This document shows, in pieces, positions 28,371 through 37,728 of a DNA stretch of 64,000 nucleotides. Where the stretch lies: positions 1-64,000 of the IMG/VR virus record IMGVR_UViG_3300042566_000678. One strand, 5' to 3'. The position numbers and the translations under genes were made by a program. The DNA comes from a virus. The notes beneath the pieces are model-generated. The model ran no database searches. It was not told the origin of the DNA and was given only the letters and a program-made list of their open reading frames with translations. Numbering within the stretch: the stretch's first letter is position 1; each line of letters begins with the position of its first letter.

Positions 28371-29000
28371 TTATTCAGGTGTTACATAGGTTACTGTAAC
28401 TGGAATTGTTACCGAACCACCTGTCTCATTTCCAAATATCGTAATAGTAGTAGAAATTGTAGAAGTTAATGAACTATTAGGTATGAAAGAGAAAGTTAAA
28501 CCTTTAGCAACTTCTGCGGTTGTTGTAATATTAGAACCCAAGAAAGTTGTTGTAGTTGTGTTTGCACTTGTCAAACCTTCACCAATAATAGAACCTGCGT
28601 TTTTGTTTGCTAAAATTGCCGTATAACCAGCGTTTTTATTACCGGCAGGAGATGTAGTTGGTGTGATTGGGAATTGACCCGATGTTGTTCTAGCTGCTAC
28701 CGTTGTAACGTTCAATGAAACTTGTGGGATTTTTGTAGTATTCTTTGGTAATGTAACCAATTTATACTTCAATACTTGAGTTTCATCTGGCGATGCTTCT
28801 AAAATAGGAGTAGCTTTGATTGATGCATCGTAGTAAGCAGAACCCTTTGGGTGAGCTGCATCATATAATGCGTAATCAATTTCATCATCACCCAAAGCAA
28901 ATTGAGTAATGTTTAATGATTGTCCTGATGCTAATTTCTCTCTTCCTTTTTTTGTAAGAATAGCATCAACAGTAATTGTAGTATTATCTAAATATCCCAT
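28371..29000 (-). CDS. tail collar/fibre-attachment-like structural protein
   Basis: ILTKKGREKLA...ITQFALGDD resembles the first half of the P2 gpH-type collar domain. Confidence 0.6.
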   Translation of the reverse strand: MGYLDNTTITVDAILTKKGREKLASGQSLNITQFALGDDEIDYALYDAAHPKGSAYYDASIKATPILEASPDETQVLKYKLVTLPKNTTKIPQVSLNVTTVAARTTSGQFPITPTTSPAGNKNAGYTAILANKNAGSIIGEGLTSANTTTTTFLGSNITTTAEVAKGLTFSFIPNSSLTSTISTTITIFGNETGGSVTIPVTVTYVTPE

Positions 29001-29063
29001 ATTTGTATTTTATATCATTAATAAATATATAATATATAATTTTTTACTTTTTTTTTAAGTTTA

Positions 29064-32000
29064 TTAGTCAACAACCAATATTGGTTCGTTATTAGGTCTT
29101 CCATTCTCATTAACACGTAGGATAGTAGGGTTAGAAATAAATTCTTCGATTGCCGCTCTACCATCAATAGTAGTTGCTATTGTTTGTTTAGAACCTTTGA
29201 AGAATGTGTTTTCCAAACCTACACTTCTATCTTTAGTATATATATAGTGAGATTTTAAATATCCACTCGCAGTTGTGATTGAAACTATATTTAAATCATT
29301 TGCCAACGATGCAGTTTGTGAACCTTCTTGTAATACCAACTCTTGCTTATATACATCTGTTAAAATATCTTCATAAATTGAACCGGATATTCCACCAACA
29401 TTCATAGGTACGATTAAATCACTTCTACGAGTAACTACAAATCCCCTTACTTGTCTGGACTTGTATGTACCATCATAATCTTGGTAGTTCAATCTAGTAT
29501 AACCATTATCAAAATAAGAATTGTAACCAATATCGTTATATAATTCACCAACATTTACAACAGTACTACCAAATAATTCAAATTCAGCAGTTATACTTGC
29601 AGATAAAATACGAGTATCAATTGATGCCGTTTGGTTCGTTTCGAAATAATTATCAGTAAAAATTAAATTATTTACATCAAAGTTATTTATATCTGCCTCA
29701 TAAGTATTGTTTTCTACATCTAATACATTTGGAGTTTCTAAACTGATTGATGTTGTATAGCTATTAAACTCACCAACCAATGTAGTAGATGCCGTTAAAG
29801 TTAATTGTGTATCATATATATTTACATCTCCACTAATTAAAGTAGTTTCGGTAGTATCAATAAATGTATCACCCAAAGTAACATCTTCCGCTATTGGTTT
29901 GTGAACTTTGTGCTTACTTCTCTCTAATAGGTGAGGAGCAATAAGTAAACCAGTTGTTGCCTTTACTCTTGCCGGCAACATTTGTTTTAAATTTTCAAAT
30001 AAAGATTTATCATACAAACGAATTAAATTGATAAACTGATAAATATCTCTTTCACCTACTCTTTCAAAATAGTAGTTTCTTAAATCAGTTAAATCTTTGT
30101 AAGTATCTTGGTATTGGTCATCGTATGCTCCAATATAATCATCTATACTTACACCACCAAATGATTTAGCAATATCCAAATCCAAATCTTTATTTGGAGA
30201 GAAAAATATACCCAATCGGTTACTATCTTTTTTAGATGTTTCGTATGCTTTTCTAGTTGAACGAGATTTATATGATAAATCACTCACCAACGTTTGGTCT
30301 TCAAATCTAACTTTGTTAGAACTATATCTAGATGCACCTGAATTTGGTATTTCTAAACTAACAGTTCTATCTATAATTTCATATTGATTTGGATATGTGG
30401 TTATATTACTAAATCCACTTGCACTTACATATGTTTGATATGTATTATTTGGTGCTACGTTTTTAACAGAAGCAGTTAATGCTAAATTCTTTGGCCACTC
30501 AAAATCTAAACGAACTTGTAAATCGGTTGTAGATGAAGATATATGATTACCATTTATTGCTTCAGGATGTAAAACGTGTAGGTTAAATGAGCTTTCACTT
30601 AATGCATTGTTCCACATACGAAACTCATCCATTTCACCAACATAAGTTCCCCCTATTTGAACAGTTGAACCAGTATTCCATATAGCGTTATCTACGATAT
30701 AATCAAATGTACCTTCTTTTACAATTCTGTCCTTTTCACCATTCTTATAATAAAATGTGAATGTAGAAGATGTACCAAACGTTTCTTTGTTTAATAAAAT
30801 ACTATGGTAGTTCCCATCATAAAATTGATACTGATTTGTTACAATAGTTTCCAAAGAACCAGTACCAGTAGATGATGAAATTGCTAATTCCAAACTACCA
30901 GATGTTTGTGCAGCATGATTACCGGGTACTAATGATAATGTGAATGAATTACCTTTTACCAAAGTCATACCACTACCAGAGTATGCTGGCTTAATTCTTA
31001 ACTCAATTGCGTTAGAACCACTCCATCTCGTAGTTAAATACGAACCAGATGTAAAATTTAAGTTAGCCGTTTGGGTATCATAGATATATTTGGTAGATTC
31101 CAATGCATCATCCGTATCAGGTCCACCAAACTCAACAATTGAAAGGTTTGAGTTTGCAATACCATAGCAATTTAATAATGCACGAATACCTCTATTAGTA
31201 CCTTTATGTTTTAATAAATAAGGTAAGTTATTTGCAATTCTTCTCCAAACAATTTTAGTACGTTTTTCGGATGTAATTTCTTCAACTGTGTTACCATCCA
31301 CATCTTGTCCAAATAAGTAACTCCACAATTGTTTATTTGAATTTAAATTTCTAGCATCCCATCCAAAAGATTTTAGGTAATTATATAACATATCGTCGTG
31401 GATACCAGTCGTATCATTTTCCGTTATGTTATTTACATCACCCATACCTTTAATATAAGACCAGATAACATCGAAATGATGCCCAATCATATCCAAAAAT
31501 AAAGGATATTCGGTGGTTTCGCATCCATTATCATCTAATATATAAAGTGGTATATTATTTTTTAATGAGTTCCGATTATTAGTATCAAAGTTATTTGCAA
31601 TTGTTAATGTAGTATTAAACCAAGCCGAAGCAGATGTTAAATAAACTACATTGTAATTACCATTAGAGTCAAATGAACCAGATGTAAATCTTTGTGCAAA
31701 TTCATTTTCAAGTTTTGGAAAATCTGAATTAGATGATGAAACTAAATAGTTTTCCCAACCATCAAATGCGTTTAATAAATTTATTTTTTTAGTTTCAAAA
31801 TTTGCAATCTCTGTTATAGTATTTACAGAACCAGTAAAATTTTGCAAATAGAACAATCTGTCATCGTAATATTCTATTAACTCTTTTTTATATTTAAAGT
31901 TTGCCAATCTTTCAACGGCTGCACTATACTTTACAAAATTAGAAAAACTACTATAATCTATGTTTACTTTATCTACATTAAATAAGTTATCGTATAGATA

Positions 32001-34241
32001 TTTATCTACTATTTGCTGTGATGAAACTGAACCAGAAAGTATAAGTTGGTCTAATGATTCAAATGAAGTGGATTGTTGCTTTATAAAATCAACTTCAATA
32101 TCAAAGTTTGGTCCTCTTAAAAATTTAGCATCTTGCTGACTTTCACCACCAACTGTAATTGTTCTTACAATTGGTAAAGACATGAGTCTACTAATCCAAA
32201 GAGTATCATTTTTATTTATACTAACTGGTAGCGGTTCGTATAACTTTAATACTATTGTTCTTGCTACATTTATCGGTATTTTATTACCTAGGTCATCAAA
32301 ACCATAATTTGTAAAAGTAGTTGGGTCGGTATCCCAATTTGAAATAACAATTTGCTTATCTTCTTTATCAAATTCAGCTAAATGATTTAAATACTTTGAA
32401 CTATCTTGTAAATTTAAATCAAAATTTCTTATTACCGCATCGAATAAATCTTGCTTTAATTTATCGGTTGAAATATAAAGAGCAGGTTCTGTTACTGATA
32501 TTGTAATTTTAGTTTCATCACCCCTAATAGCCTCCATTATGGATTGACCATTCACATTACTTTCATCGAATGGAACAAATATTAAATCTATATTTGATGA
32601 TGAATTTAAAGCACCTTTTCTTTTTAAATCATTAAAATTAAAGTTTAAAGTTTCTGCTTTATTATATTTACCCACTATGTTTCTATCATCTTCCGTTGTA
32701 TGATAAACAATCACATAATCCGCAGTGTCTGAACGATATGAAACACTAAACGGATAATCACCCAACGTATAGGTTGGAATTGTTATAGAATCAGGAAAAT
32801 CTATTTCATTTATTAGTGGTACATCATACCCCTCACTCAAATTTATAGTTGTATAACCTGGGTTTGGTGTGTCACCAAAAGCGCTATTTGTTGATATAAA
32901 TACAACTTTAAATGAACCAATATTATTTTTAAAATCGGTTTTTAAATCTAATGTTATTACTTTACTTTCATATGAACTACCAGCAGTTACACCAACAACT
33001 CTCTGTCCAAACGGAGTTTTAATAATAACACCCTCTGCGTTTCTTATTTCAATTGGAACTTGAATTTCCTTTGTTTTGAATTTTGAACGTAAAGTTGTAC
33101 CTGGAATGTTAAAGTTAGGTTGTACTGGTGCAACTTGTACACCTGCGATTTTATTTTGGCTAGGTTTTAAATCAACAAATACGTTTATATTACGAATCAG
33201 TTTATTAGCCGGTATTACTAATTTACCATCACGAAATCCTTCGTTTGTATAACTTCCATCGCCAGCGTATCCCCAAGCCAAATCTACCAAATCATAATTA
33301 CCAGTATTCGATACAGATATACTTACATCACGTATTTCTTTGTTACTAGCAGTAATGGTAGCAGTATCCGCTGGTTTTAGTACCAACGTTGATGGTAAAT
33401 CTGCACTTTCAACCCGTATGTTAAAGGGAGATTGTGAGTAGTTTGTTAAAAATCCAATTTGTTGGGTTATATCAAATCTAGATGTAGCAGTAGTTGTTTT
33501 GGGGGTTTGTTGGTTTACAACAATTGCCTGATATTTAAAATTTAATTCAAGTGTTGTAGGTATTTTATTAAAAAATTGTGTTTCCTTTGGAGTACTACCT
33601 TCGGTTTCGTTTAAAACTATACCATCACCATTTTTACCAATTATAAATCTGTTTAAGACAGTATATTTGTTTGTATCATAATTTGGAAAGATTATTGTAC
33701 TATCATTTAATTTATCTAAATCAAATTGAGTAGTACTACCCTCTTCTACTCGTTGACCATTTATAAGATAATGGGTAGTACCCTTTGATACCGAATTATT
33801 TACTACCTTTATGTTGATTGTTTTAACCGGTCGGGTGATTGGTACATCTACATTTTTACCAGTGTTGTTATCTAAATAATTTATATTAACAACATCTTTC
33901 ATTAAGTTATCAATCCTTGTTTGCGATGATAAATCTTGCGTAGGATTGGTTGTTGATATGACCTCTCTAGAACCATCATCTCTTGTTAAGGTAATACCAC
34001 TTTGTATTGGTCCAATAGTATCACTACCCAACATTGTGAGTGGATTTATATTACCGATATTATCGGCTATACCTGCTCTTAATGCGGCTTGTCCTTCGGC
34101 GGTGTTTATGCCACCAGGAGCATCAAATGACGCAATTGCTGCAGCCAAATCAGCAATCATTTGATTTATTGTGGCTTCGTATGTATCGTAGGGTATTCCT
34201 AATCTATCCGCTTCCGCCTGTTGCTCTGGTGTTAAAGCCAT
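29064..34241 (-). CDS. large baseplate wedge protein (gp7/P2 gpI-like core, LamG-like domain)
   Basis: LKSFGW..IANNLPYLLKHKGTNRGIRALLNCYG; DG.YH..IGG..GEMDEFRMWNNALS. Confidence 0.7.
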   Translation of the reverse strand: MALTPEQQAEADRLGIPYDTYEATINQMIADLAAAIASFDAPGGINTAEGQAALRAGIADNIGNINPLTMLGSDTIGPIQSGITLTRDDGSREVISTTNPTQDLSSQTRIDNLMKDVVNINYLDNNTGKNVDVPITRPVKTINIKVVNNSVSKGTTHYLINGQRVEEGSTTQFDLDKLNDSTIIFPNYDTNKYTVLNRFIIGKNGDGIVLNETEGSTPKETQFFNKIPTTLELNFKYQAIVVNQQTPKTTTATSRFDITQQIGFLTNYSQSPFNIRVESADLPSTLVLKPADTATITASNKEIRDVSISVSNTGNYDLVDLAWGYAGDGSYTNEGFRDGKLVIPANKLIRNINVFVDLKPSQNKIAGVQVAPVQPNFNIPGTTLRSKFKTKEIQVPIEIRNAEGVIIKTPFGQRVVGVTAGSSYESKVITLDLKTDFKNNIGSFKVVFISTNSAFGDTPNPGYTTINLSEGYDVPLINEIDFPDSITIPTYTLGDYPFSVSYRSDTADYVIVYHTTEDDRNIVGKYNKAETLNFNFNDLKRKGALNSSSNIDLIFVPFDESNVNGQSIMEAIRGDETKITISVTEPALYISTDKLKQDLFDAVIRNFDLNLQDSSKYLNHLAEFDKEDKQIVISNWDTDPTTFTNYGFDDLGNKIPINVARTIVLKLYEPLPVSINKNDTLWISRLMSLPIVRTITVGGESQQDAKFLRGPNFDIEVDFIKQQSTSFESLDQLILSGSVSSQQIVDKYLYDNLFNVDKVNIDYSSFSNFVKYSAAVERLANFKYKKELIEYYDDRLFYLQNFTGSVNTITEIANFETKKINLLNAFDGWENYLVSSSNSDFPKLENEFAQRFTSGSFDSNGNYNVVYLTSASAWFNTTLTIANNFDTNNRNSLKNNIPLYILDDNGCETTEYPLFLDMIGHHFDVIWSYIKGMGDVNNITENDTTGIHDDMLYNYLKSFGWDARNLNSNKQLWSYLFGQDVDGNTVEEITSEKRTKIVWRRIANNLPYLLKHKGTNRGIRALLNCYGIANSNLSIVEFGGPDTDDALESTKYIYDTQTANLNFTSGSYLTTRWSGSNAIELRIKPAYSGSGMTLVKGNSFTLSLVPGNHAAQTSGSLELAISSSTGTGSLETIVTNQYQFYDGNYHSILLNKETFGTSSTFTFYYKNGEKDRIVKEGTFDYIVDNAIWNTGSTVQIGGTYVGEMDEFRMWNNALSESSFNLHVLHPEAINGNHISSSTTDLQVRLDFEWPKNLALTASVKNVAPNNTYQTYVSASGFSNITTYPNQYEIIDRTVSLEIPNSGASRYSSNKVRFEDQTLVSDLSYKSRSTRKAYETSKKDSNRLGIFFSPNKDLDLDIAKSFGGVSIDDYIGAYDDQYQDTYKDLTDLRNYYFERVGERDIYQFINLIRLYDKSLFENLKQMLPARVKATTGLLIAPHLLERSKHKVHKPIAEDVTLGDTFIDTTETTLISGDVNIYDTQLTLTASTTLVGEFNSYTTSISLETPNVLDVENNTYEADINNFDVNNLIFTDNYFETNQTASIDTRILSASITAEFELFGSTVVNVGELYNDIGYNSYFDNGYTRLNYQDYDGTYKSRQVRGFVVTRRSDLIVPMNVGGISGSIYEDILTDVYKQELVLQEGSQTASLANDLNIVSITTASGYLKSHYIYTKDRSVGLENTFFKGSKQTIATTIDGRAAIEEFISNPTILRVNENGRPNNEPILVVD

Positions 34242-34304
34242 TTTTGTATTATTTCTTTACTATAATTATTACTTTTTAGGATTTTGGGTTGTTGTTTTAT
34301 ATTG

Positions 34305-35606
34305 TTACCTCAACCCACCACCCGGAGCGGCATCTTCAGTTCCACTTCTACCACTACCAGGCCCACCACTACCATTATTACGATTAATTACATCATTAAT
34401 ATCACTTTCTAACGGGATAGTTCTTCCATCTGAACCTTCAGAGCCACCTTGTCCACCACCTGAAGCCACATTTCCAGCAGGTTCTTTATATTGTATAGGC
34501 GGGTCTTTTGGTGGCGATTCTTTCTTTTTCTCTTCTTCGAGTATAACTCTATCAGCTAATTTTGTTGTTTTTCTATTTGTTTGCGTTGGAGCTACACCAG
34601 TTGTATCTTGAATTGATTCCAATTTGGTAATTGAATTATAACCAGTATTTAATAAAGATTGTAAAACAGCGGATGGTTGATATTGACCAACAGCTTCCTT
34701 ATATGTCAATGAGTATTCTCTTTTACGGAGAAACTGCATGTTGTACTCAACTGAATCTTGTAATCTGTTTTCTATAATCAATCTAAATTCTGCGGTAGAT
34801 ATAAAATTATCCAAATCTATTCCACTGGATATTTGCTGTCCGTAATCAGGTACTCCTAATTTAAATTGCTTACCATCTATTTCATATATTACCGATTTAC
34901 GAAAATCTACATATATTTTATTTTTAAAATTAGTATATCCTTCTGCACCACCAAATAAAAAATCTGTGTTTATAACTTCAATATATTTAGGACCAAATGC
35001 AGATATAAAATAATCATCTATTAAAGTTGATATATTTACTTCAACTTTATCTAAAAATTGCTGTATTTCTTTGTAGGATTGACGTAGTTCTAATACATTA
35101 TCCATAAAAGAAAAGTATCTATCTTCTAAATCTGCGTTTATATCTTTATCTAAACCCAATAGTGGCAAAACACGTATCTCTGTTCTTGATGGAGATACTT
35201 CATGTATCCAAACTCTTTTTTTAGGATTTTCGTTACCAACATAGTTTTTAACAAATGAAAAACTTACCCTAAATTCACCATTCGAATATCCAGCTTCAAA
35301 AATTAACTTTTCAACATCAATTTCAAATATTTTTTCACCGGTAATTGTATCTAACGAACTTTTTAAATAAAATGGTAATTTATCTTTGTGAATATACTTA
35401 ACTCTAACACCATTTTGTTGTTCTAATAGGTTGTTTGATATATCATACAAACGAAACTCTATGGCATCATTTTTAGATAATCCAAAATCATCTACATTTT
35501 TTGCAGATGTTTTGAATATATTTAAATCAGTAGGTTTAATTATTTGAGCCGTAGACTCTAACTCCTGATTTATTTTTTCAATATTTTTAAAATCGTTTAT
35601 TGCCAT
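34305..35606 (-). CDS. putative baseplate structural protein
   Basis: WIHEVSPSRTEIR motif; sits within the coupled baseplate operon. Confidence 0.55.
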   Translation of the reverse strand: MAINDFKNIEKINQELESTAQIIKPTDLNIFKTSAKNVDDFGLSKNDAIEFRLYDISNNLLEQQNGVRVKYIHKDKLPFYLKSSLDTITGEKIFEIDVEKLIFEAGYSNGEFRVSFSFVKNYVGNENPKKRVWIHEVSPSRTEIRVLPLLGLDKDINADLEDRYFSFMDNVLELRQSYKEIQQFLDKVEVNISTLIDDYFISAFGPKYIEVINTDFLFGGAEGYTNFKNKIYVDFRKSVIYEIDGKQFKLGVPDYGQQISSGIDLDNFISTAEFRLIIENRLQDSVEYNMQFLRKREYSLTYKEAVGQYQPSAVLQSLLNTGYNSITKLESIQDTTGVAPTQTNRKTTKLADRVILEEEKKKESPPKDPPIQYKEPAGNVASGGGQGGSEGSDGRTIPLESDINDVINRNNGSGGPGSGRSGTEDAAPGGGLR

Positions 35607-36619
35607 TATTGATTTGCTAAATTTCTTTTACCCATTGTTTGATTATATACATAATAACAATATTGTTTACCAACATTATGAATAATTTTTCCTATAAAAT
35701 TATCATTGGGTAATTCACCCATCTCATACGCCATATGCTCTGTCCAAGGTTTAACTACCGTATAAATCCATTTGGTATATTTAGGCTTTTCTTTCATAAA
35801 CTTAACTACATCCCTTGCCCACATCATATACCCTAATACTAATTTTGGTTCTCTATCAAACATCATATTACCATAACGCTCATCTGCATTCCAAATATTT
35901 TGTGGTAAATAACCTTGATTATATAATTCGTTACAAATAATTTTCTTTTTCTTCGTATTAGCTAATTGTGCTTGAACTCTAGCAGCTTGTTCAGCCGCCG
36001 CCCTAGCTTGGGCTTGTGAGTTTGAAGTCTGTGCATCTGCTAAAGCTCTTTGTGAATCAGCCAAAGCCGATTGGACTGATGCTAACGAACCACCTGCGGC
36101 TTTTACTAAATTGTTTAGAGTATCTATTTGTTTTAATAGAGCAGTTTTTTGTGCAGTTAAACCAGAGGTTTCAGCTTCTAACCCAGTTCGTTCTGCGTTT
36201 TCCGAAATTGCCTTTTGTATAGCAGTTGATAGACCTGTTCTCAATTCACTAACTATATTATTTTGTGCTGCCAAATTGTTTTCTAAAGTTGCATTTGTAA
36301 CTTTAAGAAAATCATTTGAAACATACAAAGAACTACTATCTGATGTTTTTTGGTTTAATTGTGTGGTTAAATCTTCTATTGTAGTATTTAAATCTGCAAT
36401 TTGTAGATTTAATTCAGCATTTAATTCTACTTCGGCATCGTATATTGGTTTTGGGACCAAATCCAATTTTACCTTTGGAAGTGGTTTAATAAGTTCGGTT
36501 ACTTTAGTATTTACAGATTTTTCTAATTCGTTACTATTAAATTCATCTGTATATAATTTTGTTGTAAAGGTTTCCGTACTTTTGTTTGCTAAATCAATAT
36601 TTTGTCTTTCTATCGCCAT
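35606..36619 (-). CDS. coiled-coil virion protein with C-terminal KIICNEL..GY..WA domain
   Basis: Long heptad region followed by a compositionally distinct ~110-aa domain. Confidence 0.55.
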   Translation of the reverse strand: MAIERQNIDLANKSTETFTTKLYTDEFNSNELEKSVNTKVTELIKPLPKVKLDLVPKPIYDAEVELNAELNLQIADLNTTIEDLTTQLNQKTSDSSSLYVSNDFLKVTNATLENNLAAQNNIVSELRTGLSTAIQKAISENAERTGLEAETSGLTAQKTALLKQIDTLNNLVKAAGGSLASVQSALADSQRALADAQTSNSQAQARAAAEQAARVQAQLANTKKKKIICNELYNQGYLPQNIWNADERYGNMMFDREPKLVLGYMMWARDVVKFMKEKPKYTKWIYTVVKPWTEHMAYEMGELPNDNFIGKIIHNVGKQYCYYVYNQTMGKRNLANQ

Positions 36620-37728
36620 TATTTGATTATTTCAAAATCACCCAATTCAAATTCTTCTTCGTTGTAATCTTCAATTGTTTTTACTACTAACGTATAAACT
36701 CTACCATATGCAAAGTTTGTAAAGTTTAAACGTATTAAGTTACTATCAGTTCCCATTATTACTTTTGAGTTTGCATCATAAGGAACAATTGTTTCTTTTG
36801 TAATTGTATCTTTTATTGTATAGTAACTTTCGGTTGGTAATTTGTATCCAGTCTGATATTCAAACGTTGGATATACATTTCCAGATGTTATTGGGTTAAA
36901 TTGTTTAACCGGATATAACTCTCTTGCTACCAATTTAATTGTTACCTTTTGGTTTACTTTATATTGGTTTTTCAAATTAGATGAATAAACTCTATATTGT
37001 CTACTACCAACGGATGCTAAACTACCAGTAGATAAATTACTTTCTTGCCAACTAACTCTTAATTTTGGTTGGTATATTGTGTTGGTTTCTTTTGAAAAAA
37101 ACTTAACACTACCATAATCAACTCTATCTTCTTCTGCCGATGAATTGTATTTAATAATTAATCCGTTGTTTGGATAGCTACCACTTAACCAAGTACGAAC
37201 TTGTTGTGTAACATCAAACGTTACATCTTCTAACTCATATGAGTAAGTGTTTGTATCAGCTGATTGTGTGTACCAGCTACCACCATAACCAGTCCAAGAA
37301 CCAGTTGTTCCAGCGTTGAATGATGCAGTAATACCAACAATATTATCGTTCCATATAGAGGTTGTATCATCCCCATTTTTGTAAATCCAAGTTACACCAT
37401 TAGTAGATATTTTATCAAATCTAGTACCAGTACCATTTTCCCAACTCTGTGATATTGCGTATGCTTCTAACGTAATTGTTGCAGGTATTTCATTTGCTTC
37501 TGCTAACTTTAATTCCAAAGATGCCGTAAAAGAACCAGATGGTATTTCACCACTTGCTATACTACGAGATATAGCAGCTATATCAAACTTTATTAAAGTT
37601 CTAGCTACATCCATAGTATCACCGTAGTATTGTTTAGATACTTCTAATATCTCATCAATACCAGTATTTTGGTATGGTTGTTGTAAATATATACTTGCGT
37701 CCGATGATGCTGTGTAAAATAAATTCAT
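36619..37728 (-). CDS. beta-rich virion protein (DNRLRE-like)
   Basis: DASIY..NTG..L..RTLIKFD..SW..VTW..FDVT..V..W..NNGLI..F.SKE..PKLRV pattern. Confidence 0.6.
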   Translation of the reverse strand: MNLFYTASSDASIYLQQPYQNTGIDEILEVSKQYYGDTMDVARTLIKFDIAAISRSIASGEIPSGSFTASLELKLAEANEIPATITLEAYAISQSWENGTGTRFDKISTNGVTWIYKNGDDTTSIWNDNIVGITASFNAGTTGSWTGYGGSWYTQSADTNTYSYELEDVTFDVTQQVRTWLSGSYPNNGLIIKYNSSAEEDRVDYGSVKFFSKETNTIYQPKLRVSWQESNLSTGSLASVGSRQYRVYSSNLKNQYKVNQKVTIKLVARELYPVKQFNPITSGNVYPTFEYQTGYKLPTESYYTIKDTITKETIVPYDANSKVIMGTDSNLIRLNFTNFAYGRVYTLVVKTIEDYNEEEFELGDFEIIK

